From Eledone cirrhosa (Eukaryota), in the NCBI GenBank assembly GCA_964016885.1, contig OZ024742.1, forward strand, positions 227,044,001-227,108,000: DNA of 64,000 nt, given 5' to 3'. Under the pieces are notes generated by a model. That model was not told the origin of the DNA, ran no database searches, and was given only the letters and a program-made list of their open reading frames with translations. Position numbers and translations under genes: made by a program. Positions 13,170 to 26,894 of the stretch are shown piece after piece; the first letter of the stretch is position 1, and every line of letters starts with the position of its first letter.

Positions 13170-13865
13170 TCATTCATCATCATCATCATCGTTTAACGTC
13201 CATGTTCCACGCTTGCATGGGTTTGGACGGGAGTTTTCCCACTTGAGGCAAGAGTGGTTGTCTTGCTCGCATAGGACTGTCTGGTGGGTTTTCTACGACT
13301 GGATGCCCTTCCTAACACCAACCACATTTACAGTGTGGAACTGGGAGGTTTTTACCGTGTTACCTACACGGCTACATTACAGCGTGGACTGTGTTTTTTT
13401 GTCGTGATACCTACACGATCTCATTTGTTTCGGGCTGGATGTTGTGGCACCAACATAACTTTACCATTGAAAGGGGCGGTGTGGATGGGGTGGGGTGGGT
13501 GGGACGGGGGTGTATTTTGTTAGAGATGCCTACTGACTGTAGTAGGTTTTACTTTGTAAGGCGGGTCTTCTCTATTACTGAGTACCGCCAAAGATCTCGG
13601 TCCAGTGACATTGTCTTGGAGAGGTGTAAGTGTGTGAGGTCGGAATTTATCAGGTCGTCCCAGGTTTTTCTGGGTCTGCCTACTCCGTGGCTACCGTCTA
13701 TCTTTATTGCCCTGCACTTTTTTATACAGCTGTCGTCTTTCATGCGCATCACGTGACCATACCAACGTAGCCTTCTCTTGAGTAAACAACATCTGATCCC
13801 TCTTATTTCTAATTTTTCCCTTAGTTCGTTTATGCTTTGCCGTTCACGTATATTACTATTACACA
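13170..13865 (-). mobile_element. RTE LINE 3' end (second subfamily); its 3'UTR is also present at 32930-33155
   Basis: RRLRWYGHVMRM and GRPRKTW, followed by 3'UTR and (CAT)n tail. Confidence 0.88.
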
Positions 13866-14296
13866 TATACACATATACACGATAACATACATACACGTAA
13901 AATTAATATCTAAAAATCAAAAGGGGGCGGGTATGTAAAGGGTAAGGTAAAGAGTAGGTGGGAATAAGGAAAATAAATAACATAAGAAAAAGTTAAAAAA
14001 TAAGGGGAGATAAGGGAGAAAGAGAAAATAAGGGTACAGGAAGTGAGTTCAGAGAGTAATAAAAGTCGTAGATGTAAGGCGTAAAGAGCAAAGAAGTTCA
14101 AGGTGGTTAAGTCATCATAGCAAAGAAGAAGTTCAAGGTGGTTGAGTCATCGTAGGAATGTCAATCCAGTTACAGAGCAGATGTGATTTCAGGTGAGGAT
14201 AACATCTGAAGATCTCGATCTTGGAGTTAAGGCAAGTTGAAGTGGCTTTCAAATTCTGTAGAATTCTAAATTTTTCTGTGTGTATGTATGTATGTG

Positions 14297-14418
<122 letters not shown>

Positions 14419-14659
14419 GTTGGTGTGTTTATGTATGGATATATATATATATGTGTGTGTGTGTCTCTTTGTATATATATGTGTATATATGCGTGTATAT
14501 ATGTATGTATATATGTGAGTGTGTGTGCATGAGTGTGTGTTGTTATATATTCTTATTTATTATTCCCCCCCCCCCTTTTTTTTCCCCCTCCAGCCTCACT
14601 TTCATATCTGTTATATTTCTTGTTTTTCAAATCCACTGTCAATAAAGACACCAGGATTT

Positions 14660-14719
14660 TTTCATTGTGATGAATGAAAGCAATTTTGGTTGCTTTCAAG
14701 AAACCACTGGTAAATGAAA
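14660..14719 (+). ncRNA. Copy of the 7810-7869 hammerhead with a core C3>G change (GUGAUGA), probably inactive
   Basis: Otherwise the reverse complement of 7810-7869. Confidence 0.7.
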
Positions 14720-14766
14720 TAATTATCTTATGTTGTTTATTACATAACTAAATATATATATATATA

Positions 14767-15612
14767 TAAATATAAGTATGTATACATACATACATATATG
14801 TATACAGACGTACAGTAGTATGTATATATATACATACATGCACACATATATATGTACGTATAGGTTTACCGAACATTTATTATAATGTTCGGTTTGTTTG
14901 TAAACAAACAGCCCAAATTAAGCCGTACAGTGTTCGGCAACCATCGTTGCCCTTTTCCATTTATCGTTTTCGGTACGCCCGGCCGACTAACTCGCTCGAT
15001 ATGCAAATTAGGCTGCTCAGCCGTTAATATGCATAAGGAAAGTATATACTTTCAAGCATTCAATCATCTGACAGGAAGGTGTACGATGCTGACAATAGCT
15101 AATAAGCTTGAAACTAGTTCATCGTTCCTTTGTCAGTGTTGAACAAAAAGGCAACGATGGTTGCCAGACACTGTACGGCTTAATTCGGGCTGTTTGTTTA
15201 CAAACAAACCGAACATTATAATAAATGTTCGGTAAACCCATACGTACATATATATATGTGTGTTCATGTATGTATATATATATACATACTACTGTACATC
15301 TGTATACATATATGTATGTACGTATACATACTTATATTTAAGTATCAGCTGTACTAAGAGAGAGAAAAGAAATTTTGTTTCATTCTTTTCCATTTATCGT
15401 TTTCGGTACACCCGGCCAACTAACTCACTCGATATGCAAATTAGGCTGCTCAGCCATTAATATGCATAAGGAAAGTATATACTTTCAAACGTTCAATCAT
15501 CTGACAGGAAGGTATACGATGCTGATGATAGCTAATAAGCTATATACTTATATTTAAGTATCAGCCGTACTAAGAGTGAGAAATGAAATTTCGTTTCATT
15601 CTTTTCCATTTA
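14767..15612. repeat. Composite inverted plus direct repeat structure
   Basis: Inverted repeat 14767-14951/15150-15340; direct repeats about 14951-15108/15385-15541 and 15327-15395/15545-15612. Confidence 0.85.
15083..15125 (+). ncRNA. Hammerhead motif with G8>A; a 5'-half copy with intact CUGAUGA lies at 15516-15541
   Basis: ACGAUG-CUGACAA-U-AGCU aaua AGCU-U-GAAA-CUAG-UU-CAUCGU. Confidence 0.65.
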
Positions 15613-15626
15613 TATATATATATATA

Positions 15627-16267
15627 CAAGGTGGTATCAAAAGGTTTCCAGACTAGTTCTGTAGTGCACCAACAGATGGCAACACATGGTTGCTCACGCA
15701 GTGAGAGCTAACAATGATCTTCATGGGCCAGTGTGCTAAGTTACATCGCTGTGTTCACTTCACAAGTCAAAAGTTGTGAAATTTGTGTTTTTGTGTATGT
15801 TGTAGCCTGCAATTGGAACAAAGAGCCAACGTGAAATTTTGCTACAGAAACATTGAACATGCTTTGGGTATGACCCTGAGATGAAGCAGCAGTTAACACA
15901 GTGAAAAAGCTTTACATCTCCAAGACCAAAGAAGGCAGCATGATAGAGCCGCTGCTCAATCTAGAGTATGCTCATTGTTTTTTTTCAACATCTGCAGTAT
16001 TGTGCATTGAGAATTCTTCCCTCCAGGCCAGACCCTCAATCGAGAGTTCTACTGCAACATTTTAACAGCATTGCCAAGATCTAGAGTGAATCGCAGAGAG
16101 TCCTCAATTCGCTTACAGAAAATTTCCAGGCTGGATTCCAAAAGTGGCAGGAATACTGGGACCGGTCTATTGCTGCACAAGATGACTATTTCAAAGGAAA
16201 TGATGTTAAAACTTATTAAATATGTTTTTTTAAACATAACTAGTCCAGGAACTTTTTGATACCACCA

Positions 16268-16268
<1 letters not shown>
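15627..16268 (+). mobile_element. Internally deleted, degenerate mariner element
   Basis: TIRs ggtggtatcaaaa.gtt..actagtt / aactagt..aactttttgataccacc within TA repeats; IVH.EFFPPGQTLN.EFYC catalytic-domain remnant near 16000-16060. Confidence 0.75.
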
Positions 16269-16300
<32 letters not shown>

Positions 16301-16340
16301 GGAGGAAGTTATAGTTCACTTGAAGCATTGTCTAATGAGG

Positions 16341-16850
<510 letters not shown>

Positions 16851-16879
16851 CATGTATAATGCAGGATTAAAAAGACAAA

Positions 16880-17250
16880 CACAGAGAACAATTACAGTCT
16901 TATTAGTATCACTTTTGTTGGAAAAGAAGAAAGAATGTCTCAACTTATCGGACATTAGTCCTTCATCAGGAAAAGGTAGAGTTAGGAGGAAGTTGAAGAT
17001 TGAGGAAGAAAAAATGGATTTAACAGGATGGGTGAAGTAGGCAGGCTGTGGGGGTGTAAGTATACTGGTGTGCGAGGTATTGGTAGCGTTTCTGGGTCCA
17101 TCATTGATGCTTTTATGTGAGTGCGGTGAAGTGCATTTAGTGAGTGTGCGTGTTGTCGTCTCTATCCATTGTTTGAGTGTGTGAGTGGCGGTGGTGGTGA
17201 AGTGTATATTTTGTTTGTGATAGTGTGTGTGCGTATCTAGGTGTATTATC
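16880..17250 (-). mobile_element. Probable Penelope-like 3'/pLTR remnant with a decayed hammerhead
   Basis: The - strand reads CCTGATGAAGGAC-TAAT-GTCC-GATAAGTT (GAAA mutated) at about 16940-16970. Confidence 0.5.
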
Positions 17251-17636
17251 AGACTGAAACCAGTAAATGAATAAAAGAATGTAATAAAATTAGTTTACAA
17301 GAGTCCAACATTTCTGTGTAACTTGGTACATTGCATGTTCTTATGTTTTGTTTCTTTTTGTTTGAGATGTTTGGCAGGAAATGGTGAAATATTTCTCACT
17401 GGGGGAAAATGTCAAATGACAGAGAATTTAAAATAGAAATAGTGATTGCCAGCTGATAAATCTATACTTCTCTGACCCTTAATCATTGATCACTGTGTCA
17501 CATACTTAAAAATCAATTTCGTTATCAGTTATCATAATCAGTTATCGTAATCCATTGTGAGACAGGAGAAAGGTCACATATTCATATTAAAGTTTGTCCA
17601 GTAGAAAAATAACTGATCTGATTTCTCTTTCTCTCT

Positions 17637-17694
<58 letters not shown>

Positions 17695-17718
17695 AGAGAG
17701 AAAGAGAAATCAGATCAG

Positions 17719-17770
<52 letters not shown>

Positions 17771-17924
17771 TTTTACGTCTGCTGTTCCATGCTTGTTTAA
17801 GTTGGATAGATCCTTCTCAATTCTGCATTTTTCCACTTATTGCGTTCCTTTGTCACCTCATTTGTGGGTCTCAGCAATCTGAGCCAACTTTCATCCATCT
17901 CGTTATCTTCATTTCACTATATGT

Positions 17925-18362
17925 GCCAACCCTTACCTATGGTCATGAATCTTGGGTAATGACCGAAAGAATACAATCGCGAATACAAGCAGTTGAAATG
18001 GGGTTCCTCTGAAGGGTCTTTGGAGTAATGTTACCTGATAGTGCGGAACTCGGAGATCAGAGAGTCACTCCAGGTAGAGCCGCTACTTCTCTGAATTGAG
18101 AGATCACAGCTCCAATACTATAGGTAGGGTGTTAGAATGTCTCAGGAAAGAATTACTGGACAGATTTTATGGACAAAACCAACCGGCAGGAGACCCAGGG
18201 GTAGACCCCGAGCAAGATGGTTGGATAACATCCATGGGCTTGGCTAGTCACGCTTGGGGATCCAGCTGGATCAGTTGGAGACAGTTGTTTCTGACAGGAC
18301 CCGCTGGAAGGAGTTTGAGGACTCTTCCCCCTCAACCCTCACAGGAATAAGTGGGCAAAGAA
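17925..18362 (+). mobile_element. RTE-like LINE 3' fragment (third family); longer copy on the - strand at 30230-30885
   Basis: [24 protein letters not shown]-like C-terminal coding remnant; reverse-complement match to 30230-30650. Confidence 0.75.
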
Positions 18363-18487
18363 GATATATCTATATGTATATGTATTTATATATATATTCC
18401 CCTCCCCTCACTCTTAAGCGTGAACTATTTGTACTGTACTCTTTGTTATTGATTTTGTTTTTTGTTTTTAACTTTTATATATATGTA

Positions 18488-18520
18488 CTAGCAGAATGGC
18501 CCGGCGTTGCTCGGGATTTG
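18488..18520 (-). mobile_element. Helitron-like 3' terminus; Helitron-like 5' ends at 4430-4589 (-) and 27775-28090 (+), with a related region at 19100-19810
   Basis: Subterminal hairpin CCCGGCGTTGCTCGGG and CTAG|T end. The - strand starts TCTATATATATAAAA at 4589, followed by a (TG)n tract, as in non-autonomous Helitrons. Confidence 0.55.
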
Positions 18521-20829
18521 CTCTAGGGTTTTTATATATTTGATATATATTTATCCTTATCGAGCCTCGTGAAATAAATATGTTTCTTTATATTTTGTTA
18601 TTGTATATGTAAAAATATCTGTACACGAATATATAATTATATATATATCTATATATATAGCAGTACAGAGAAGTACGGAATACCACGGCCTTGGGATGGT
18701 GTCTACATTTTGTGCTTGTAAAAAAAATTTATGATAAAAAGCACCCCATCCACCCTGTAAATTGATAGTGCTGGTGCCACTGTATAAAGCACCCAATCTA
18801 CCGTGTGGGGGTAGTGCTGGTGTCATGATAAAAAGCATCCAGTCCATCTTGTAAAGTGACAGTGTTGGTGCCAAAATAAAAAGCACCCAGTAAAATGGTA
18901 GTACTGGGATCATGATAAAATGCTCTCAATACACACTGACAAGTGGTTGGCTTTAGAAATGGCATCTAGCCTAAGAAACCAGGCTAAAAATGGTACATAG
19001 GAGCAAGGTGTGGTCATCTAACCTATCATAAATCTCAGAACATAACCCATCTGACCCATGCCAGCCTGGAACATAAACATTAAACAGTGATGATGATGAT
19101 GTATATTTTCAAAGTTAGATATTGTATTTTTCAAAGAAAAAAGTGACATTAAATTTGAAGTTTTGTGTCTAAATTTGATGTAAGAAGTGAATTTATAGCT
19201 GAAACTTTGAAGTTACTGTCACTTTTCTCTTTAAAAACTGAAGTAACAGATGGTAAATTTATAGAAAAGCACCTGCTTCGGTTTGTTAATAATTTTTTTT
19301 TTCTAGTTTTTTTTTTTCATGTTTTCTACTATTCTGACCTCTGGCGTGCTCACAATTGACTTTTTTCTGAAAACAGAATTTGTGTAAATTTGATGTAAGA
19401 AGTGAATTTATAGCGAGATTGTCAGAGGTCAGATTAGTTGAAAAACATGAAAAAACCTAAGAAAGAAACTTCTTAGCTATTTAAACTTATAGAAATGCAC
19501 CAGGTAGAGATTGCTGAGAGGTGCCAAGGGTCTGCCTCCATTTCTGGAAGAAGTTGTTGGTGAGTGAGTCGAATGTCAGATTGGTCAAAAACAAATGAAA
19601 AAACCTAGAAAAGAAAAATTCCCACTGAAGAAATCTCCGAGCTTAGGAAAATTCAAGTCCCCACCCCAACCTCCAATTCCATTTTCAGAAAAAAAGTCGA
19701 TTGCAAGCATGTCAGCAGGCAGATTAGTTGAAAACACACATAAAAGAAGAAAAACTAGGAAAAAAAAAATTTCTTAACGAATCCCAGCAAATATTTTCTA
19801 TAAATTTACCCAACATATTTTGGGGAGTTATAATAATGGAATGGAAAAATGGCTAAATCAGTTTTTTAGCAGGGAGAGACAGTGTGAACATTTTCAACAT
19901 TTAGGAATGGAAACCTTTTATCTTGTTTGGATTCTTGTATCTGTTTCTGAAATCTGTATTATATTATCAATATTGTATAAACTGGGGAAATATTGTTATT
20001 TGGTCCAAAAATATCTCCAGCTAAGTTTGGTAGTTGGAAAGAAGGTGCTAGAAATATGAGTAGATTGATTATTTGTTCTATACTGAGGAGGGTGATATAA
20101 TTGACTTTCTTCTCTCTTCAAAATTGCTGGCCTTGTGCCTAAATTAGAAATCATGTGGCCCTAGTGGCCAATAATCATTATTAATGTTATCATCATGATT
20201 ACCATCATTAATGTTACTATCATGGTTATCGTTATAAATATTATCATTATAAGTGTCATCATTATTGTTAACATTATCATCATCATTATAATAATGATAA
20301 CAATGATACTACTAAGTAGTATCATTGTTATAATTATTATCATTATTAATATCATTGTTGTTTATTACTAAGCATGTGCTTGTAGACTGGAGAGGGGCAC
20401 TTTCCTATGGTGCTCTTGGCCATCAGTCTGCTTTCGGATCTGTGGGATTTCTAAATTACCTCTGGGTGGTGCTCACCCCAATATATTGGAGAATTCTGTT
20501 ATCAACTTTTCTTGTTGTTACCCATTTTCATTCTTTACATGCTGTCTATATGTAAATCCTGACTGCCTCTGTTTGTTGTATTGCCCTCAATGCTTTGGGC
20601 CCTAGTAGCATATAAAGAAATAATTGTTTCTACTTTAGGCACAAGGCCAGCAATTACCCAGTACATTACTGGTACTTTATTTTATCGACCCCGTAAGGAT
20701 GAAAGGCAAAGTTAACCTTGGCGGGATTTGAACTCAGACTTCAAAGGGACGTAACTATGCTAGAAAGCATGGCGTCCAACCCTCTACCGATACTGCCAAT
20801 TCACCGCCCTTATAAAGAAATAATGATAA

Positions 20830-22022
20830 GCAGGGAGACCCAGAAGACTTGAGATGTGGTGATAAAAGCTGACCTTGCCCCATTGCACCTTTCAAAGGCA
20901 ATGACGCAGGACCAAGATCTCTGGTATTAGGCTGTAATACAGAAGACCCGACTTCCCACGAGCACAGGTCGAAGCTGAAGCATATGTACTTTAAAGTGGT
21001 CGTGTAGGTGCCACAACAAAAAGCACCCAGCCCACACTTTAAAGTGGCCGTCTAGGCATCACAACAAAAAGCATCCAGCCCACACTTTAAAGTGGTCGTG
21101 TAGGTGTCACAACAAAAAGCACCCAGCCCACACTTTAAAGTAGCCGTCTAGGCATCAAACAAAAAGCACCCAGCCCAGCCCACACTTTAAAGTGGTCGTG
21201 TAGGTGTCACAACAAAAAGCACCCAGCCCACACTTTAAAGTGGTCGTGTAGGTGTCACAACAAAAAGCACCCAGCCCACACTTTAAAGTGGTCGTGTAGG
21301 TGTCACAACAAAAAGCACCCAGCCCACACTTTAAAGTAGCCGTCTAGGCATCAAACAAAAAGCACCCAGCCCACACTTTAAAGTGGTCATGTAGGTGTCA
21401 CAACAAAAAGCACCCAGCCCACACTTTAAAGTGGCCGTGTAGGTGTCACAACAAAAAGCACCCAGCCCACACTGTAAAGTGGCCGTCTAGGCATCACAAC
21501 AAAATGCACCCAGCCCACTGTAAAGTGGTCGTGTAGGTGTCACGACAAAACGCACCCAGCCCACACTTTAAAGTGGCCGTCTAGGCATCACAACAAAAAG
21601 CACCCAGCCCACACTTTAAAATGGTCGTGTAGGTGACACAACAAAAAGCACCCAGCCCACACTTTAAAATGGTCGTGTAGATGTCACAACAAAAAGCACC
21701 CAGCCGATACTGTAAAGTGGTCGTCTAGGCATCACAACAAAAAGTACCCAGCCCACACTTTAAAGTGGTCGTGTAGGTGTCACAACAAAAAGCACCCAGC
21801 CCACACTGTAAAGTGGTCGTGTAGGTGTCACAACAAAAAGCACCCAGTACTCACTGTAAATGAGGTTGGCTTTAGGAAGGGCATCCACCTATAGAAACCA
21901 AGCCCAAATCAGTTCTGTATGAGCAAGACATGGTCACCTGACCTAGCATTGCCCACAATAGGACAACTCATCTAACCCATGCTAGCATGGAAAATGTATG
22001 TAAAATGGTGATGATGATGATG
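20830..22022 (+). mobile_element. RTE 3' end whose 3'UTR carries an expanded 48-bp tandem array
   Basis: Degenerate RTE C-terminus (20830-20970), array, then canonical 3' end and (GAT)n tail. Confidence 0.85.
20990..21848 (+). repeat. 48-bp tandem array, about 18 units, two unit variants
   Basis: Unit TAAAGTGGTCGTGTAGGTGTCACAACAAAAAGCACCCAGCCCACACTT; period measured 21191 to 21239. Confidence 0.92.
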
Positions 22023-22365
22023 AATTATTATTGCGGATGGATTGGTAGAATCATTAGGGCATTGGGTAGAATGCTTGGCCTTGTGTTTAAGTCAGAAATT
22101 ATTATTATTATTAATACATCTATCTTGAGGGCAATGACTTGGCAGTATGGTTGAGCATTGAACAACATGCTTTGCAGCATATAGTTACATCCCTTTATGT
22201 TCTGAGTTCAAAAGCTGCCAAAGTTAGCTTTGTCTTTCATCCTTACAGGATCGATAATAAAGTACCAATAACGCATTGAGGACAATTTGATTAACTTTCC
22301 CCTCCCCCAAAACTGTTGGCTTCATGCCTAAATCATGAACCATCATCATTATTATTATTACATCT

Positions 22366-22588
22366 GGCGGTGGATTGGCAATATCGGTAGAGGGTCAGAC
22401 ACCATGCTTTGCAGCATAGAGGTACAGCCCTTTATGATCTGAGTTCAAATCCCGCCGAGGTGAACTTTGTCTTTCATCCTTACAGGGTCGATAAAATAAA
22501 GTTACCAGTCACGCACTGGGGTCGATTTTAATCGACTTTCCCCTCTCCCAAAATTGCTGGCCTTGTGCCAACAGTAGAAACAATTATT
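22366..22588 (+). mobile_element. SINE family B (Nin/Deu-like central domain); copies at 10152-10342, 20621-20810, 22128-22340, 23930-24068, 25587-25795 and 45910-46017
   Basis: B box GAGTTCAAATCC, conserved CTTTCATCCTTACGGGGTCGATAAAATAAAGTACCAG core, (ATT)n tail. Confidence 0.82.
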
Positions 22589-25500
22589 CCATCTACCATT
22601 ATGTACAATGGTGGTGTTACTGTAAGTTGGCAGAATGTATTCTATACATGACTAATTCTCTTCATTATAAACTCCACCTCTCTCTCTCTCTCTCACTCTC
22701 TCTCTCACAATCTCTTTATTATAAACTTTACTATATACACTCAACTTCTCCATTTATTTATCATCATCATTTAACATCTGTTTTCCCTGCTAGCAAGGAA
22801 TGGCTGGGTCTTCACAGATCGAGTCAGTACTCAAGCAGGGCATCTCCCTTAAACATTCTATCGAGTGCATTTTATGATGTCACCAACACTAGGGGGGTTG
22901 TTATGTCTTTGACACAGCTGAAGGGTCCTCCTAACTCTTTGTTAGGCAGGTTTTCTACAGCCAAATGCCCTTTCTATCACCAATCTTTTTACAGCTTTTT
23001 TACAGCTTTTTACATGTACTGGGTGCATTTAGTGTGTTGATCACCAAAACTAACGAGGTTGTCACGTCTTTGAAACAATTGAAGGGTCCTCCCAACCCTT
23101 TGTATGGCAAGCTTTAAACTCCATCTCTATGTATACCCAGTCTCACCATTATAAACTCCACATATACTAATATATATATACACACACATATGTCCTTGTG
23201 TTTGAATTTTGTAGGCAGACACTGCAAAATCTATCGTGTGTGTGTGATTGGATTCTGCATTGTTTCCATTTTCTAAATTCTACTTACAAGGCCTTGGTAA
23301 GACTTTGGCTACAGTAGAAGAAACTTGCATGAGGTGCTGCATTGTTGGATCAGGCGCAAAGCCATGTAGTTACAAAGCAACCTTTCTAATCACACAGTCA
23401 TGCCTGTAGCCAGTAATGTATATTTAAACCTATTCGTAAATCTCAAATTACATTGTGATAAAATATTATTATCACCATTTTACATTTATTTTCCAGAATG
23501 TCGTGGGTTGGACGGTTTGTCACGGTTCAAGACTATGGGTTGGAGAAGCACGCCCTGCTCATATGTTTCATTTGAAATAAAAATATATCTCTGAATTTAT
23601 TGAACATGTTTGTTATGTTGTAATTAAAGATGATTATGTATGGAGTGGGTAAATACCATGACTAGACTAACAAACAGATAAAAATATATCTACCTCCAGA
23701 AATAGAAAGTTCTGGACAGAGGCATTGCCAAAAGTAATGCTACTGCTATTTTAAGTCACTTGTGTTAGGCCAGACATACGAAGAGACAGGCAGATATTGC
23801 TGGTGTTTTGGCATAGGGCCCTAACTAATGATAGTCATAGGGGGCGCTGCCATGTCATTTAGACCTGGCTGAGCCCATCCCTTTCTGAGTTTGAACAGCC
23901 AATTACTTCCAGAGAAAGAGATATAAAGGTGGAATTGACTCCACTACTAGACTGGTACTTTATTTATCAATCTCAAAAAGACGCAAGGCAAAGTTATCTT
24001 CGGCAAGATTTGAACACAGAGTAAAGCATTCTCTTCAACATTCTAACGACTCTCCTGCTTCACCATCTTGCTTGTTTTTTGGCAACAAAAATCAAAATAT
24101 AAGACCCAACTATTTCTACATCAACAGTCTCTTTATCCCTTTTATGGCTATATATTAAATGAAATACACTCTATCTCAATTAATTAAGGGAGAATTTGGA
24201 AGGATTTACCCTGCTAAAACTGGGGTTAACCTTGCATGTTCCATGATAGACTTATTACTCATCATGGGTGTCCTTTTTGAGGTAATGTTTTACAGCTGGA
24301 TGCCCTTCTTGGTGCTAACCCTTTTAGTCATCTCTTCTGACACAGTGATACTGTGAACCTATTCTAAACCAGATATTCTACAGTATTGTGCGTGTGTGTA
24401 TGTGATCACTTAAGACAGTGATCCTATGTACCTATTCTAAACTAGACATACAAAAGTATTATATAAATAAACATTGATGCTGTCACTAGGAAAGACATTG
24501 CCATTATATGCTTCCATTTACCATACAAATGCAACATCTTGTATCTCATCGGAAGAAACCTGATTTTGCAAATTATTATTGTTAGTCTTAATTTCATTAC
24601 GTGCTATCATTGTATAACCGAGCACAGTTCTGTGCACCTTGGATATATGCAGTATTGTTTTTGGTGTTGTTTCTATTGCATTGAAAGTACTCTAGGTAGT
24701 ATATGTGCAGTGATTAGTGGTGCTATTTTCTGTATGCTGTATATATTTGTAAACCCTGGGGTCTTGTTTATATATGTTTTTTTTTTTGAAAATCAACTAG
24801 TCACTCTTGTTTTTTTTTTTGAAAATCAACTAGTCACTCTTGTCTGGAGCACTTTTTGTCGAGGACCCATGGATAACTTCGAGAAATCCCTGGCCTTGTA
24901 GTGCTACTGGGGAGCATTGCCAGTTTGAAATAATCTTTACAGACATGGAAGTGCTGGCAGTCAGGCCTATCCAAGAGGCATGCAGGGTGACAAAATCATC
25001 CTGTATGTACATGTTGAGTGTCTGAGTATTTCTGACTTGTGGGTTTATATTGAACACTTGTAATGTGTAGAAAAGATCCAGCTACCATCTGAGTCTGTCG
25101 TGAAGATCGCCCCTCCATCTTCTTTTAGCTGGGAAGGATGGAGTTTTTAACAGCCTGGTGGCCATGGCGAAAGAGATTGTGTACTAAGCCCATTTGAAAG
25201 GGTTGAAGATAGGTACTTTCTTCTTGGGTGAAGCACTGATAAGCTTTTTCAGGTTTCACTTGAAGATGAAAATCATGGTGGTGAGAGAAGTGCTACCTTC
25301 AAAACAGTTTGTTGAAAAGTAAGTGAAAGTGGCGAGCATGGTCCGAGTGAATGGGTTTGATTTGAGTATGCACCTGTAAATTGGAGAAGAACAACTAGGA
25401 AAGGGTAACCATGGCTTTCTGTGAATTTTCATCAGTGAGATCTTCCGTCATTAGAGCATTTGTTTTGTTTAATTTTAAAAAAATTTTAATTTTATAGGTT

Positions 25501-26894
25501 TGAACCCACACTGCATCATTTTGTGTTGTCTTTATTGTTTGCTTAATGTCAGCCCTGTGTGGCTAACAAATAAATCCTTATTATTAAGGGCAGTGGATTG
25601 GCAGCATTAGTAAGGCATTAAACAATATGCTTTGTGGTATATAGTTACGTTCCTTTACGTTGAGTTCAAATCCCTTTGTCTTTCATCCTTATGGAGTTGA
25701 TAAAATAAAGTACCAGTAATGCATTGGAGTTGATTTAATCGCCTTTCCCCTCCCTCAAAATTGTTGGCCTCATGTCTAAATCAAGAATCAGTATTATTAT
25801 TTATTTTAATTATGTTTTACTAATTGGATTGAACACTGAATATATTTAAATATAATAAAATGTTGGGTTTTTTTTGGTTTTTTATATGTATTTTACTATT
25901 TTAATATAATTTCAAGATAAGCTGCTCCTTCTTCTTTACAATTCTAATGTAGATAACATAGAAACATGTATTACTAAAGAGCTTAAGGCTTACTTCAGTA
26001 GCAGCTGTATGTGTGTGTGTGCTGATATGTAGCAAATGATAGCTAGAAATACGAAATATATGGAGTAGTAATGTTTCAAGACTTAAGAAATATTTATTAA
26101 AATATACTGAAGGTGATGTAGTAATGTTAAACATTTGTTAACTCTTAACATCCTGTACCACATGCAACCACATTAGCATGTACATTCTTGAAAAGTACAA
26201 AACAGCACTATGGCTACATTGCATTAAAAGTTTACAGCAAATTTTCACAAAAATCTGTCCACTAGTAAAGGTACTATGAACAATCCACATGAAACCACTT
26301 TTGCAAGACATTCTTGAAAAGTACAAAGCACTATGACAGCAACGCCTAAAGCATTAGTTCTTTCTTTAGTTTACTGCAAATTTTCACAATTATCAGTTAA
26401 CTAATAAATATACTATAAACATTTGAATTTTATAAACCACACAAAACAGTATTAGCAAGACATTTTTGTAAAATACAAAACAGCACTATGACTGCATCAC
26501 TTTAACCCTTTAGCATTTAAACTGGCCATACTCGGCCAGAATTCTCTCACCTCTTTCTGTTCAAACCGACTGTAACTGGCTGCTCATACTGACATTAAGG
26601 TATTGTTCTCAAAATAAATAAAATCAAAATTTCATAGACTTGATATTATGTGAGATAATTAAGCCTTTACCATGAAAATACAATAGTATATATAGAGTAA
26701 TGTAAATGCTAAAGGGTTAAATATCTTAACTCTAACACTGTAAATGTTCACAGCAATCTATCCACTAGTAAATAAACCATAGATATTTAAATTAACAAAC
26801 CTGCTTTTAAGTATGATTAACAAATATATAATGTATATTTGTTAATCATACTGTAAATAGAAGATAGGTAGTAGATAGAATACCATCATTATTA

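Noticed and set aside
20990-21848. CRISPR-like array
   Set aside because: Units are contiguous with no unique spacers, derive from the RTE 3'UTR, and there are no cas genes in this eukaryotic DNA.
23833-23850. CTCF-like motif CATAGGGGGCGCTG
   Set aside because: A single partial match in 64 kb is expected by chance; no supporting context.
24900-25480. Possible decayed retroelement coding region
   Set aside because: Only a KPT-like hint; I could not assign a family with confidence.
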